A stretch of 64,000 nucleotides of DNA from a virus, in the IMG/VR virus record IMGVR_UViG_3300047095_000666, positions 33,886 through 97,885 of that record; one strand, 5' to 3'. The first letter of the stretch is position 1; each line of letters opens with the position of its first letter. The notes under the pieces were generated by a model. The model was given only the letters and a program-made list of their open reading frames with translations, was not told the DNA's origin and did not search any database. Below are positions 57,129 to 64,000 of the stretch, one piece after another. Both the position numbers and the translations under genes were made by a program.

Positions 57129-58462
57129 CAGATTGCCTCCATGAAGTCTTCAAGGTCGAACTTCTCGGTCTTCACGGACAGCGAGTGGAAAGCCTTGAGG
57201 GAAGCGTTCAGCAGCGCGGAGCCGATGTTCGCCGACGTCAGGCCGATGTTCTTAATTCCGAGCTTGCCTAGCATCTCACCGGCGCACTTGTTGCAAATCT
57301 TCGGATTTTGACAGAAGAACGGGGTACGCATCTTCACCGTCTTGCCGAGGTACTTCGACTTGTTGTCTCGGTCCAGAAGGACCAGCTTGTCTCCCTCCGC
57401 CACGTAGCGGAAGAGATAGTCTCCGTAGTTCTTGTCGTCCAAATCGACCTTGATCGTATAAGGAGTCTTACAGTCAGTGCCCGGAGCATCGGCGACGACG
57501 GACTGGAAACCGGCGTAGAACTGCTTGACCTTGTAGCCACCCTGACGGGTGTCGATGGCACGACCAAGGGAACCCTGGACTGCGATGTCGCCTGCGATTC
57601 CGACTTCGTCCTTCGATACGCCTTCAACCAGAGAGGAGGTCGCGATGGAGTACTGGGTGGGATCGTCTGACTTCGCCACCACCCCACGGGCGACTGCGGT
57701 GATCTTGTAGTTGCCAGAGAAGGAGCCGTTCACACCGGAGTCGAAGATGATCTTCCCGGAGGAGCCCTTCTCGTCGAGGATCTTCGACGCCTGAGACAAG
57801 ATCTTCGGCTCAATCACGTTGTTGTAAGCAACAACGTCGTTTCGGTCGATGATGTCCTTGTGCTCCTTGAACACGTCAGCGCGGATCTTCTTAATCTCCT
57901 TGGTGGGAGACATAGACAGGATGTCCATAGAGGGGTTGACGTACGGCACCATCGTGAACCCGAGCCAGTTCAGGTTATCGATGAACTGGTTCATGGCTTG
58001 GTACGTGATCTTCTCGTCGATAAACAGCTGGGACATCTCGGAGTAGATCTTGTCCATGTCCTTGGCTGTCAGCGTGAAGTTCTTGTACGTGATCAGCCCC
58101 TTGATATCGACATCGTACCGGAACTGCTGGTGGCTGCCTTGGGAACCGATCACATCTTTGGCCAAATCTCGGATCTTTTGCTCTCTGTCGGTAACGACAG
58201 CCTGCATGTCCTTAACGTTGTAAAGGGCCAGATTTACGATGAAGCGACCGAAGGTGGTCTCCTTACCGTAGAGCTCCCCGGCGTTCTTGAACTTGCAGAA
58301 CTCCGAGTCGGCCTCCTTGAGCATCTTCTCGTCCAGCACCAGCTTGGTGTTCGGAGGGATGTAAGACGAAGACTCTTCGTTGAACACGACGTGCAATAGC
58401 TGCCGAGTGATATTTGCACCTTTGATCTCGAAGATCTTCTTCATAAACTCTTCTTGAGCCAT
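57128..58462 (-). CDS. Phage RNA polymerase beta-prime C-terminal subunit (putative virion RNAP, phiKZ gp80-like)
   Basis: Start at MAQEEF; TTFGRFIVN, SG, bridge-helix-like TRQGGYKVK, DCKT, MRTPFFC...ICNKCAG, NIGL, trigger-loop-like LKAFH. Confidence 0.88.
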   Translation of the reverse strand: MAQEEFMKKIFEIKGANITRQLLHVVFNEESSSYIPPNTKLVLDEKMLKEADSEFCKFKNAGELYGKETTFGRFIVNLALYNVKDMQAVVTDREQKIRDLAKDVIGSQGSHQQFRYDVDIKGLITYKNFTLTAKDMDKIYSEMSQLFIDEKITYQAMNQFIDNLNWLGFTMVPYVNPSMDILSMSPTKEIKKIRADVFKEHKDIIDRNDVVAYNNVIEPKILSQASKILDEKGSSGKIIFDSGVNGSFSGNYKITAVARGVVAKSDDPTQYSIATSSLVEGVSKDEVGIAGDIAVQGSLGRAIDTRQGGYKVKQFYAGFQSVVADAPGTDCKTPYTIKVDLDDKNYGDYLFRYVAEGDKLVLLDRDNKSKYLGKTVKMRTPFFCQNPKICNKCAGEMLGKLGIKNIGLTSANIGSALLNASLKAFHSLSVKTEKFDLEDFMEAI

Positions 58463-58482
58463 CTTGATTCCTTTGGAAATAT

Positions 58483-58495
58483 CTATGCAGCTGTT
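58483..58495 (-). promoter_or_regulatory. Late-type promoter motif AACA-GCTGCA-TAG
   Basis: About 20 nt upstream of ATG 58462. Confidence 0.65.
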
Positions 58496-58501
58496 CAAAG
58501 A

Positions 58502-58540
58502 AAGAAAAAAAAAGGATTCCGTCATGATGACGGAATCCTT
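58502..58540 (-). terminator. Intrinsic terminator
   Basis: A-tract plus AAGGATTCCGTCA-TGA-TGACGGAATCCTT. Confidence 0.75.
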
Positions 58541-58544
58541 CTGG

Positions 58545-58748
58545 TTAGGATTTGTTTTTGCCATTAAAACGCATCACAACTCGGCTGGTAGAGCAGGGAA
58601 AGACCCCTGCCCTTCCGTTCGGCTTGTGTTTCGCAGGCTGGTTGATCTTGAGTGTATTACCGGAATTGGTGCGAGATCTCTGAAAGTTCTCGTGAGATGA
58701 GCTTTCGATAGCTTGCGTGATCCCAGTAATCATATCGCCGAGATTCAT
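58545..58748 (-). CDS. Possible small early protein (67 aa) or small RNA
   Basis: Bounded by its own early motif and terminator; atypical codon usage, weak RBS. Confidence 0.4.
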   Translation of the reverse strand: MNLGDMITGITQAIESSSHENFQRSRTNSGNTLKINQPAKHKPNGRAGVFPCSTSRVVMRFNGKNKS

Positions 58749-58783
58749 AGAATGCTCATTATAGTAGTTGGAAGATCACTATA

Positions 58784-58792
58784 ATGATATAT
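58784..58792 (-). promoter_or_regulatory. Early-type promoter motif (G)ATATATCAT
   Basis: RTATATNAT family. Confidence 0.55.
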
Positions 58793-58811
58793 CCATGTCG
58801 CTTCCTCAGAT

Positions 58812-59645
58812 TCAGTTTCCGCCCTTGATCTCTTCGATCTTGTTGTTCAGACCCTGACGCATAGTGAGACCCCCGGTGATCAAGTTCGACTTCAGACCGG
58901 CTCCGACGAGGAAGACGTCCAGAGTGTTGAGCGCCTGACCTTGGTGTATCACGCTCGGCTTGTACCCTTCGGAAGAGAGAGTGACGGTACCGAGAGCGGA
59001 GATCTCCGCCTGCGCTTGGAACTTATGGTTCTTGTTGTCAGCGCGAGCTCCAAGGATTTCTTTGAGGATGTAGTTGTCGTTGTCCTCGCCGAGGTACCTG
59101 TTGATGTTGCTCAGGGCAGACGAGAAGTCGTCCTTGGCGTTGTTCGTCGCAGCGAGCAGTGCGAGAGTGTCGGCGTCGGTGAGACGGCCAGTCTTCTCAC
59201 GCTCGTTCAAAGAGCCGGTCAGCTTCGAGCGCGAACCGGCCTTCATGATGTCGATGTTGGAGCGGTTCTTCTTCGACAGGATCTGCTGCATGCGCTTAAG
59301 ATGAACGTACATGACGGGCACCCGGAACTTGGAGCGAATCGGCTTACCGTCCGGGCTCAGGTGGCGAACGTAGACGTACTCCTCCAGAGGAACCTTCAGG
59401 TACTTCGCCGCGTCTTGGATGGAGTCCATCGACACCTTCTTCTCGGCGTAGAGGTCAACCTCCACGTAGAAGTTGTTGTTGTCGTCGGAGGCCATCTTCT
59501 TGAAGTATGTCTCGAACTGCGCGTCGCTCATGGACGCGAATAGTTGCTTGTATTTTTCTGCGTTCCTGCCAGTCGGTTCGAGGAGCTTCATCGTCGTGAT
59601 GACCTTCTCCTCAACCGCCTTGCGTTTGGCTCTGCTGATTGCCAT
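58812..59645 (-). CDS. Phage RNA polymerase extreme C-terminal beta subunit (putative virion RNAP, phiKZ gp149-like)
   Basis: PLEEYV, VPVMYVHLKRMQQ, RSKLTG, GRLTDAD, KEILGARADN, LDVFLVGAGL parallel the RpoB C-terminus. Confidence 0.75.
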   Translation of the reverse strand: MAISRAKRKAVEEKVITTMKLLEPTGRNAEKYKQLFASMSDAQFETYFKKMASDDNNNFYVEVDLYAEKKVSMDSIQDAAKYLKVPLEEYVYVRHLSPDGKPIRSKFRVPVMYVHLKRMQQILSKKNRSNIDIMKAGSRSKLTGSLNEREKTGRLTDADTLALLAATNNAKDDFSSALSNINRYLGEDNDNYILKEILGARADNKNHKFQAQAEISALGTVTLSSEGYKPSVIHQGQALNTLDVFLVGAGLKSNLITGGLTMRQGLNNKIEEIKGGN

Positions 59646-59654
59646 GTTGACTCC

Positions 59655-59783
59655 TTACTTGTCGCCGTCCTTCTGCTGTCTGCACGGAGGTTTCGGCTTG
59701 TCTTCCCGGCGAGGCACGTTGACCTCTCGATTGGAGACGAAGCCGCAGCACTCCTCATCCATCTTCTTAGCTTCGTCTTTCAT
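59655..59783 (-). CDS. Possible small protein (42 aa)
   Basis: MKDEAKKMDEECCGF...; GAGGAAAG RBS; fills the operon gap. Confidence 0.45.
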   Translation of the reverse strand: MKDEAKKMDEECCGFVSNREVNVPRREDKPKPPCRQQKDGDK

Positions 59784-59790
59784 GCTTTCC

Positions 59791-61290
59791 TCAGATGTTG
59801 AGCAGTCGCGCAACGTGGGCGCGGACGCTGTTGTCTCGGTTGGCCGTATCGATGACGTCGATCTTGTCGTCGCTACCGAACTGCACCACCTTGCTGATGA
59901 GATCTTTGATCGGATCCACGAAGCTCATGTCCACGAGGCGACCGCTCTCGACTGCCAGCTTGATCTCTCCCTCGACAGCTTCGATCCCTTTGAGCTGGGA
60001 GGCAAGAGTCTTCTTGACCTTCGGGTCGTCGGTGGAGTTCATCTCGTCCTGAATCCGGACTCGCATGTTGCGGACTCGCGTCACGATCTGCGGGTGGACA
60101 TCTCTCGTCGTGCCGTAGAAGTGCCCGATGGAGATGGCTCCGGTGACGGCGGCGTCTGCGTAGCGAGCAGTAGATTCTTTGAAGAACGCGCTGGAGCTCC
60201 CGACCGTGGTGATCTTCAGGACCATCTCGGACATCTCCGCGCCGTAACCGTGTACCGCAGCAAAGTCGTCTGCGAACTTCTCATTGGCGTACATGTCGCC
60301 GAACTCGATGAACTCGTCGGCTGCAGTCAGGAACGGGAAGAACACGGCGAACACGCCGTCGTAGACCTTGTGGCGCACCAGATTGAGGATGTACCTCACG
60401 TCGTGGTAGAGCTTGTACAGCGCGTAGAACTTGCCCACGAACTGAGCCCCGTCCGAGTTCATCAAGTCGGTGACGGCGACCACGCAGGACTGGTATCCCT
60501 TGTAGAGCTTCGACAGCACCCCCTTCGCCTCCGGGTCGGTCATCATGCCGAACACCTTCGCAGAGTACTCGTTGTCCATCAGCCTGTCGCTGATGATCAT
60601 CATGTACTTCCCGAACTCGCGTCCCATGAGGGTCTGCTTGCCCCACTGGTTGATGAATCCGTTCAGAGCAATCTGGAACCTCTGGGCCGTGGTCATCACC
60701 TCTTTCGGAGCCGTCTTCACGTACTCGATGACCTCGAAGAACACTTGCAGCTGCTTGAAGAATTTTGCGGTGCGGTACGCATTGACGAACAGGTTCGACG
60801 CGTAGAAGTGGTGGCCCACCTCGTGCAGGATGACGCCGAGAGCCTGAGCTCCGTTGTCTGCCATGCGGAGCCAAGGGAGCGGGAAGCGCACGTAGGCATT
60901 GTTCAGCTTGTGGCGGAACCTGTAGCCCTCCGGGCCGACGTCCACGGCGTTCAGCTGGTCCAGCACCGTCTGGCTACCGATGGCCGCACCTGCGACCCCC
61001 GTGACGAACGGGTTGAATCCTTGCAGGAACTTGTCGGTGATGCCGTCCGTCATGGACAGCGTGAAGGTGTTGAAGTTGAACAGATCGCACAAGATCCCCT
61101 CGATCTCGGTCTTCCGACCGTAGATCTCCGGATGACCGGCGCTGACCTTCTTCTTGATGGCGACGTCGCGCATCTCGTCCAGTAGCTTCTCGCATCTCAG
61201 CAGCTTCTTGCTTCTGGCGAAGGCTTTCTCTTGGAGCAGCTGCTCCGTCAGGACTCCGCTCTCGGAGTCCCCCTCGGTAACGAATAGCAT
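59791..61290 (-). CDS. Zincin metallopeptidase-like protein (M48-like)
   Basis: ILHEVGHHF, NEKFADDFAAVHGYG, VHPQIVTRV. Confidence 0.8.
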   Translation of the reverse strand: MLFVTEGDSESGVLTEQLLQEKAFARSKKLLRCEKLLDEMRDVAIKKKVSAGHPEIYGRKTEIEGILCDLFNFNTFTLSMTDGITDKFLQGFNPFVTGVAGAAIGSQTVLDQLNAVDVGPEGYRFRHKLNNAYVRFPLPWLRMADNGAQALGVILHEVGHHFYASNLFVNAYRTAKFFKQLQVFFEVIEYVKTAPKEVMTTAQRFQIALNGFINQWGKQTLMGREFGKYMMIISDRLMDNEYSAKVFGMMTDPEAKGVLSKLYKGYQSCVVAVTDLMNSDGAQFVGKFYALYKLYHDVRYILNLVRHKVYDGVFAVFFPFLTAADEFIEFGDMYANEKFADDFAAVHGYGAEMSEMVLKITTVGSSSAFFKESTARYADAAVTGAISIGHFYGTTRDVHPQIVTRVRNMRVRIQDEMNSTDDPKVKKTLASQLKGIEAVEGEIKLAVESGRLVDMSFVDPIKDLISKVVQFGSDDKIDVIDTANRDNSVRAHVARLLNI

Positions 61291-61306
61291 CGTCTATCTT
61301 CCTCTC

Positions 61307-62464
61307 TCACCTACATTTGTGTAAAACGATCATGTACACCAAGTAGGAAAACAGGACGTTCCGGTACTGCATCTTGGTGGCGGTGCGGTTGGTCTGCACG
61401 TACTTGGTGCAGTGCTTCATCAGCATGTCGTCGAGGATCTTCTTCAGCTTCAGCAGGTCCTCGTTGGTGGTGTTGCTCACACTAATCTGGCGCAGAGCCG
61501 TAACCGCGAAGTCCTTGGAGCACACCCTCTCGAAGATGGTGGGATCCCCCTCCCCGACGACGTTGAACAGCAGCTTCATCATCCCGATCACGGTGTCCGG
61601 GGACTCCTTGGTGCGGATCTCGTTGAGCGTCTGGTAGACGGTGGTGAAGGGCAGCTGGTTTCGCTCGCTGACGATCCGGACGAGACCCATGTTGACCTTC
61701 TGGCTGACGAAGTCGTGGGTGACTCCGTCTGCGAGAGAGTGGATCGTGTCGGAGAGATTCCCCTTGTCCACCACGTCTCCCTCGTCGTCGAATGACTTCT
61801 CGGTGTTAAGATAGTTCTTCTCGTCTCGGTTCCGGTAGAACTCTTCAGCAATGGCGTTCATGATCTTGCCAATTCTGTTTTCCATTTGCGGCACATAGAT
61901 GAGATAGACTTCGTCTTCTCCCTTACCGAGCTGCTGCTTGTAGGTGTCGTGGGAGGTCAGAACAGTGTCTTTCACCACGTTGTAGTTGTTCTGGAGCTTC
62001 TTGTACTTGAACTTGTCGCTCAAGTTGTTTATCGTATATGCCATGATGTTCGGGTTCGGCTCGAAGGGGAAGGACCTCCGCTGCCTTGAACTGTAGAACT
62101 TCATCGCCAGATACATGATCACGAGCTCCTTCTCGGTGTCTTTCTTCTGGAGCATGAGCTCCCTGATGCAGAGGACTGAGAGGATAACGAACGGGGTGTT
62201 CAGCAGCTTCCACGACTTCTCGATGATGGACACCTTGGCCAACTCCAGCTCCACCTCCTCCGGCTGGATGTCGGTGAACTGGAAGATGACCTCTTGGTCT
62301 TGGTTGCCGAAGATGAGGCGCTTGCCGGGGTTCGAGTCGAAGATGGCGTCGTGATTCTTGTCGAAGTACCTGTGCATGCCAGCGACTGCCGCCTTGAGGC
62401 GGGCCGGGTTCGACACGGCGTCCTTGATTCTCTTTCCGAACGCGTTGAGTAGGATGGTTGACAT
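61307..62464 (-). CDS. Hypothetical late protein (385 aa)
   Basis: Start set at MSTILL downstream of a late motif. Confidence 0.75.
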   Translation of the reverse strand: MSTILLNAFGKRIKDAVSNPARLKAAVAGMHRYFDKNHDAIFDSNPGKRLIFGNQDQEVIFQFTDIQPEEVELELAKVSIIEKSWKLLNTPFVILSVLCIRELMLQKKDTEKELVIMYLAMKFYSSRQRRSFPFEPNPNIMAYTINNLSDKFKYKKLQNNYNVVKDTVLTSHDTYKQQLGKGEDEVYLIYVPQMENRIGKIMNAIAEEFYRNRDEKNYLNTEKSFDDEGDVVDKGNLSDTIHSLADGVTHDFVSQKVNMGLVRIVSERNQLPFTTVYQTLNEIRTKESPDTVIGMMKLLFNVVGEGDPTIFERVCSKDFAVTALRQISVSNTTNEDLLKLKKILDDMLMKHCTKYVQTNRTATKMQYRNVLFSYLVYMIVLHKCR

Positions 62465-62489
62465 CTCTGGATTCCCAATGGTTAGATGA

Positions 62490-62502
62490 CTAAATAGCTG
62501 TT
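62490..62502 (-). promoter_or_regulatory. Late-type promoter motif AACA-GCTATT-TAG
   Basis: Heads the unit containing the peptidase and the beta C-terminal subunit. Confidence 0.65.
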
Positions 62503-62521
62503 GCATCCATGCGGAACGAAG

Positions 62522-62562
62522 AAAAAACGAAAGACCATACCCGTCTTGGGTATGGTCTCTTT
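62522..62562 (-). terminator. Intrinsic terminator
   Basis: AGACCATACCC-GTCTT-GGGTATGGTCT with an A-rich left flank. Confidence 0.65.
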
Positions 62563-62595
62563 ATGCTGGACTCGCGATGCGGGTCTATCTATGGG

Positions 62596-63474
62596 TCAAG
62601 CTGCGTACAGCTCTTCCTCTAGGGATTTGAGCTTCACGGCTACAAATCCCCTCTTCTTCAGGAGCGGGGCGAGGTCGAGGGTCTCTCCGTCCTTCAGCTT
62701 GTCGATGCGGCTGGAGACGTCGATCAGGAACTTCTTGTCGACCAGACAGTACCCATCGAGGTTCCTGGTGGAGAAGTGGTCTCCGACCAGATCCTCAAGT
62801 TCTTCGATGCACGTCGGAGCCCTCTCGACGTGCATGCGAGAGAGCTGGCGGATGGAGTCGACGTGCGCGGTGAGACCGCCGGAGTAGACCGGGACGACGT
62901 ACTGCTTGTCGCGCTGCGCTGCGAACATGCCCAGACCCTTCAGCGTGTCGATCGGCTCGACGCTCTGGAACGGGACGGTGGTGACGGTCCCGTCGGGGTT
63001 GACGATCGACACCATCAGCAGGTAGCTGGCGAACATTCCCCATCCCATCTTCACGTTGCGGATCAGGTACTTGTTCTTCTCAAGCCCGACCCTGGTCTCG
63101 TGGTTGGTCCTTGAAATGGAGACGCGGACGGGGATGCCGACGTCGCCCTTGTTGTCACCCTCGATGACCTCGACGAAGCCGGTGCGGTAGAGCTGCTTCT
63201 CCACGGTCAGGGCGTCCTCCCAGCAGCGTTCCTTGACGCTATTCGGCGTCGGAGTTGACTTGTTGCTGAGCTTCTGGTCGAAGCCGATCGTCGAGATGCT
63301 GCGCTCGTTGAACTCCTGAACGAAGTCCATAACCAGCTTGACAGACTTGGACGACATCGCGTAGCCCTTGATGATGTCAGCTAGCTCGTCGGAACTGACG
63401 TTCTGGCGAAAGTTACCGGCGTTGACGGAGTTGTAGACCGTCAGAGAGTTGGATTGAATACGATGGATACGCAT
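62596..63474 (-). CDS. Hypothetical protein
   Basis: Start set at MRIHRI after AAGGAAG. Confidence 0.72.
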   Translation of the reverse strand: MRIHRIQSNSLTVYNSVNAGNFRQNVSSDELADIIKGYAMSSKSVKLVMDFVQEFNERSISTIGFDQKLSNKSTPTPNSVKERCWEDALTVEKQLYRTGFVEVIEGDNKGDVGIPVRVSISRTNHETRVGLEKNKYLIRNVKMGWGMFASYLLMVSIVNPDGTVTTVPFQSVEPIDTLKGLGMFAAQRDKQYVVPVYSGGLTAHVDSIRQLSRMHVERAPTCIEELEDLVGDHFSTRNLDGYCLVDKKFLIDVSSRIDKLKDGETLDLAPLLKKRGFVAVKLKSLEEELYAA

Positions 63475-63515
63475 GACAATCTTCCTTATGTAAATGGGCG
63501 ACATTGCCCTATTGA

Positions 63516-63524
63516 ATAATATAC
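63516..63524 (-). promoter_or_regulatory. Early-type promoter motif GTATATTAT
   Basis: About 41 nt upstream of ATG 63474. Confidence 0.55.
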
Positions 63525-63599
63525 TCCCGAAAGAGCTTTTTAAGTAGAGACGAACCTGAGCTCATCTCTACTTTTTTAGTTACTGCGGTGTATCTCGTG

Positions 63600-63815
63600 T
63601 CACTGGAACCGGAGCTGCCATTCCTTCAGACCCTGCAAGCCGTAGGAACCGGGGATGTTCCCCACGACCTCGTAGACGTAGTTGCCATCGGAGTCGGTGC
63701 CGAAGGCCACTCTGTCGGTGGGGCTGGACTCGATCAAAGAAGCCGCCTCGGCGACGAGCTCCTTGAACTGAGGTGTGAAGATGTTCTTGATGTTGATGCC
63801 GGATGCGATTGTCAT
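63600..63815 (-). CDS. Small hypothetical protein
   Basis: 71 aa, AGGAGA RBS. Confidence 0.65.
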   Translation of the reverse strand: MTIASGINIKNIFTPQFKELVAEAASLIESSPTDRVAFGTDSDGNYVYEVVGNIPGSYGLQGLKEWQLRFQ

Positions 63816-63930
63816 TTCTTTCTCCTGATGGAAGATAAGACCGCGACGCGGTCGCTATCTATGAGTTCGAGAAGAAAAAAGAACGAGGGAGGAGCCGGTC
63901 TCCCGGCCCCGTCCTCGTCTCTGTATCGGC

Positions 63931-64000
63931 TTACTTCTTGGAGCGGTTCAGGAACCAACCCAGAGTAGCGCCAGAGTCCTTCTTGGCGGATGCCTTGGCT
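63931..64000 (-). CDS. 3-prime end of a gene entering from the right edge
   Basis: ...AKASAKKDSGATLGWFLNRSKK-stop followed by a hairpin and A-tract at about 63875-63920. Confidence 0.5.
   Translation of the reverse strand, partial: AKASAKKDSGATLGWFLNRSKK

Noticed and set aside
6009-61185. Many long antisense ORFs (e.g. 6009-7196, 7702-9564, 10344-12044, 36127-37611, 44022-45275, 46089-47480, 59473-61185)
   Set aside because: They mirror well-supported genes. Strong sense-strand codon bias (few TTA/CTA/TCA codons) removes antisense stops, and the translations show no motifs.
1-64000. Stop-codon reassignment, tRNA genes, chimallin or PhuZ
   Set aside because: Genes are full length in the standard code and TAA, TGA and TAG all appear as stops; no cloverleaf was seen in the short intergenic gaps; no nucleus-shell or tubulin gene was recognised here, though they could lie outside the window.

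Overview
64 kb of a jumbo (giant myovirus-type) phage genome. No host chromosomal genes, rRNA, tRNA or CRISPR array were seen. It encodes pieces of two split multisubunit RNA polymerases: a putative non-virion set (beta-prime N 28451-29809, beta C 36214-38235, candidate sigma-like subunit 43800-45257) and a putative virion set (beta-prime C 57128-58462, extreme beta C 58812-59645). Replication/recombination genes: GyrB-type ATPase subunit, Dda/RecD-like helicase, RecA-like recombinase, primase, RNase H, DHH phosphoesterase. Also present: a GroEL-like chaperonin, a MoxR AAA+/vWA module, a free-standing homing endonuclease, a 12 kb tail-fibre/receptor-binding cluster, scattered baseplate genes (gp5-like spike, PAAR, gp25-like, gp26-like) and a spanin pair implying a Gram-negative host. 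The strongest hidden signal is regulatory. Seventeen copies of AAC(A/T)-N6-TA, nearly all intergenic, sit mostly before virion genes, and ten copies of RTATATNAT sit before early/replication genes. The first motif matches the late-promoter consensus of the uracil-DNA Bacillus phage AR9, yet this genome looks GC-rich. Other notable items are a candidate -1 ribosomal frameshift at 48116-48123, a paralogous pair of putative receptor-binding proteins, and a 602-aa late protein resembling an uncharacterised family I recall from marine invertebrates. All homology calls are by motif recognition; no searches were run.
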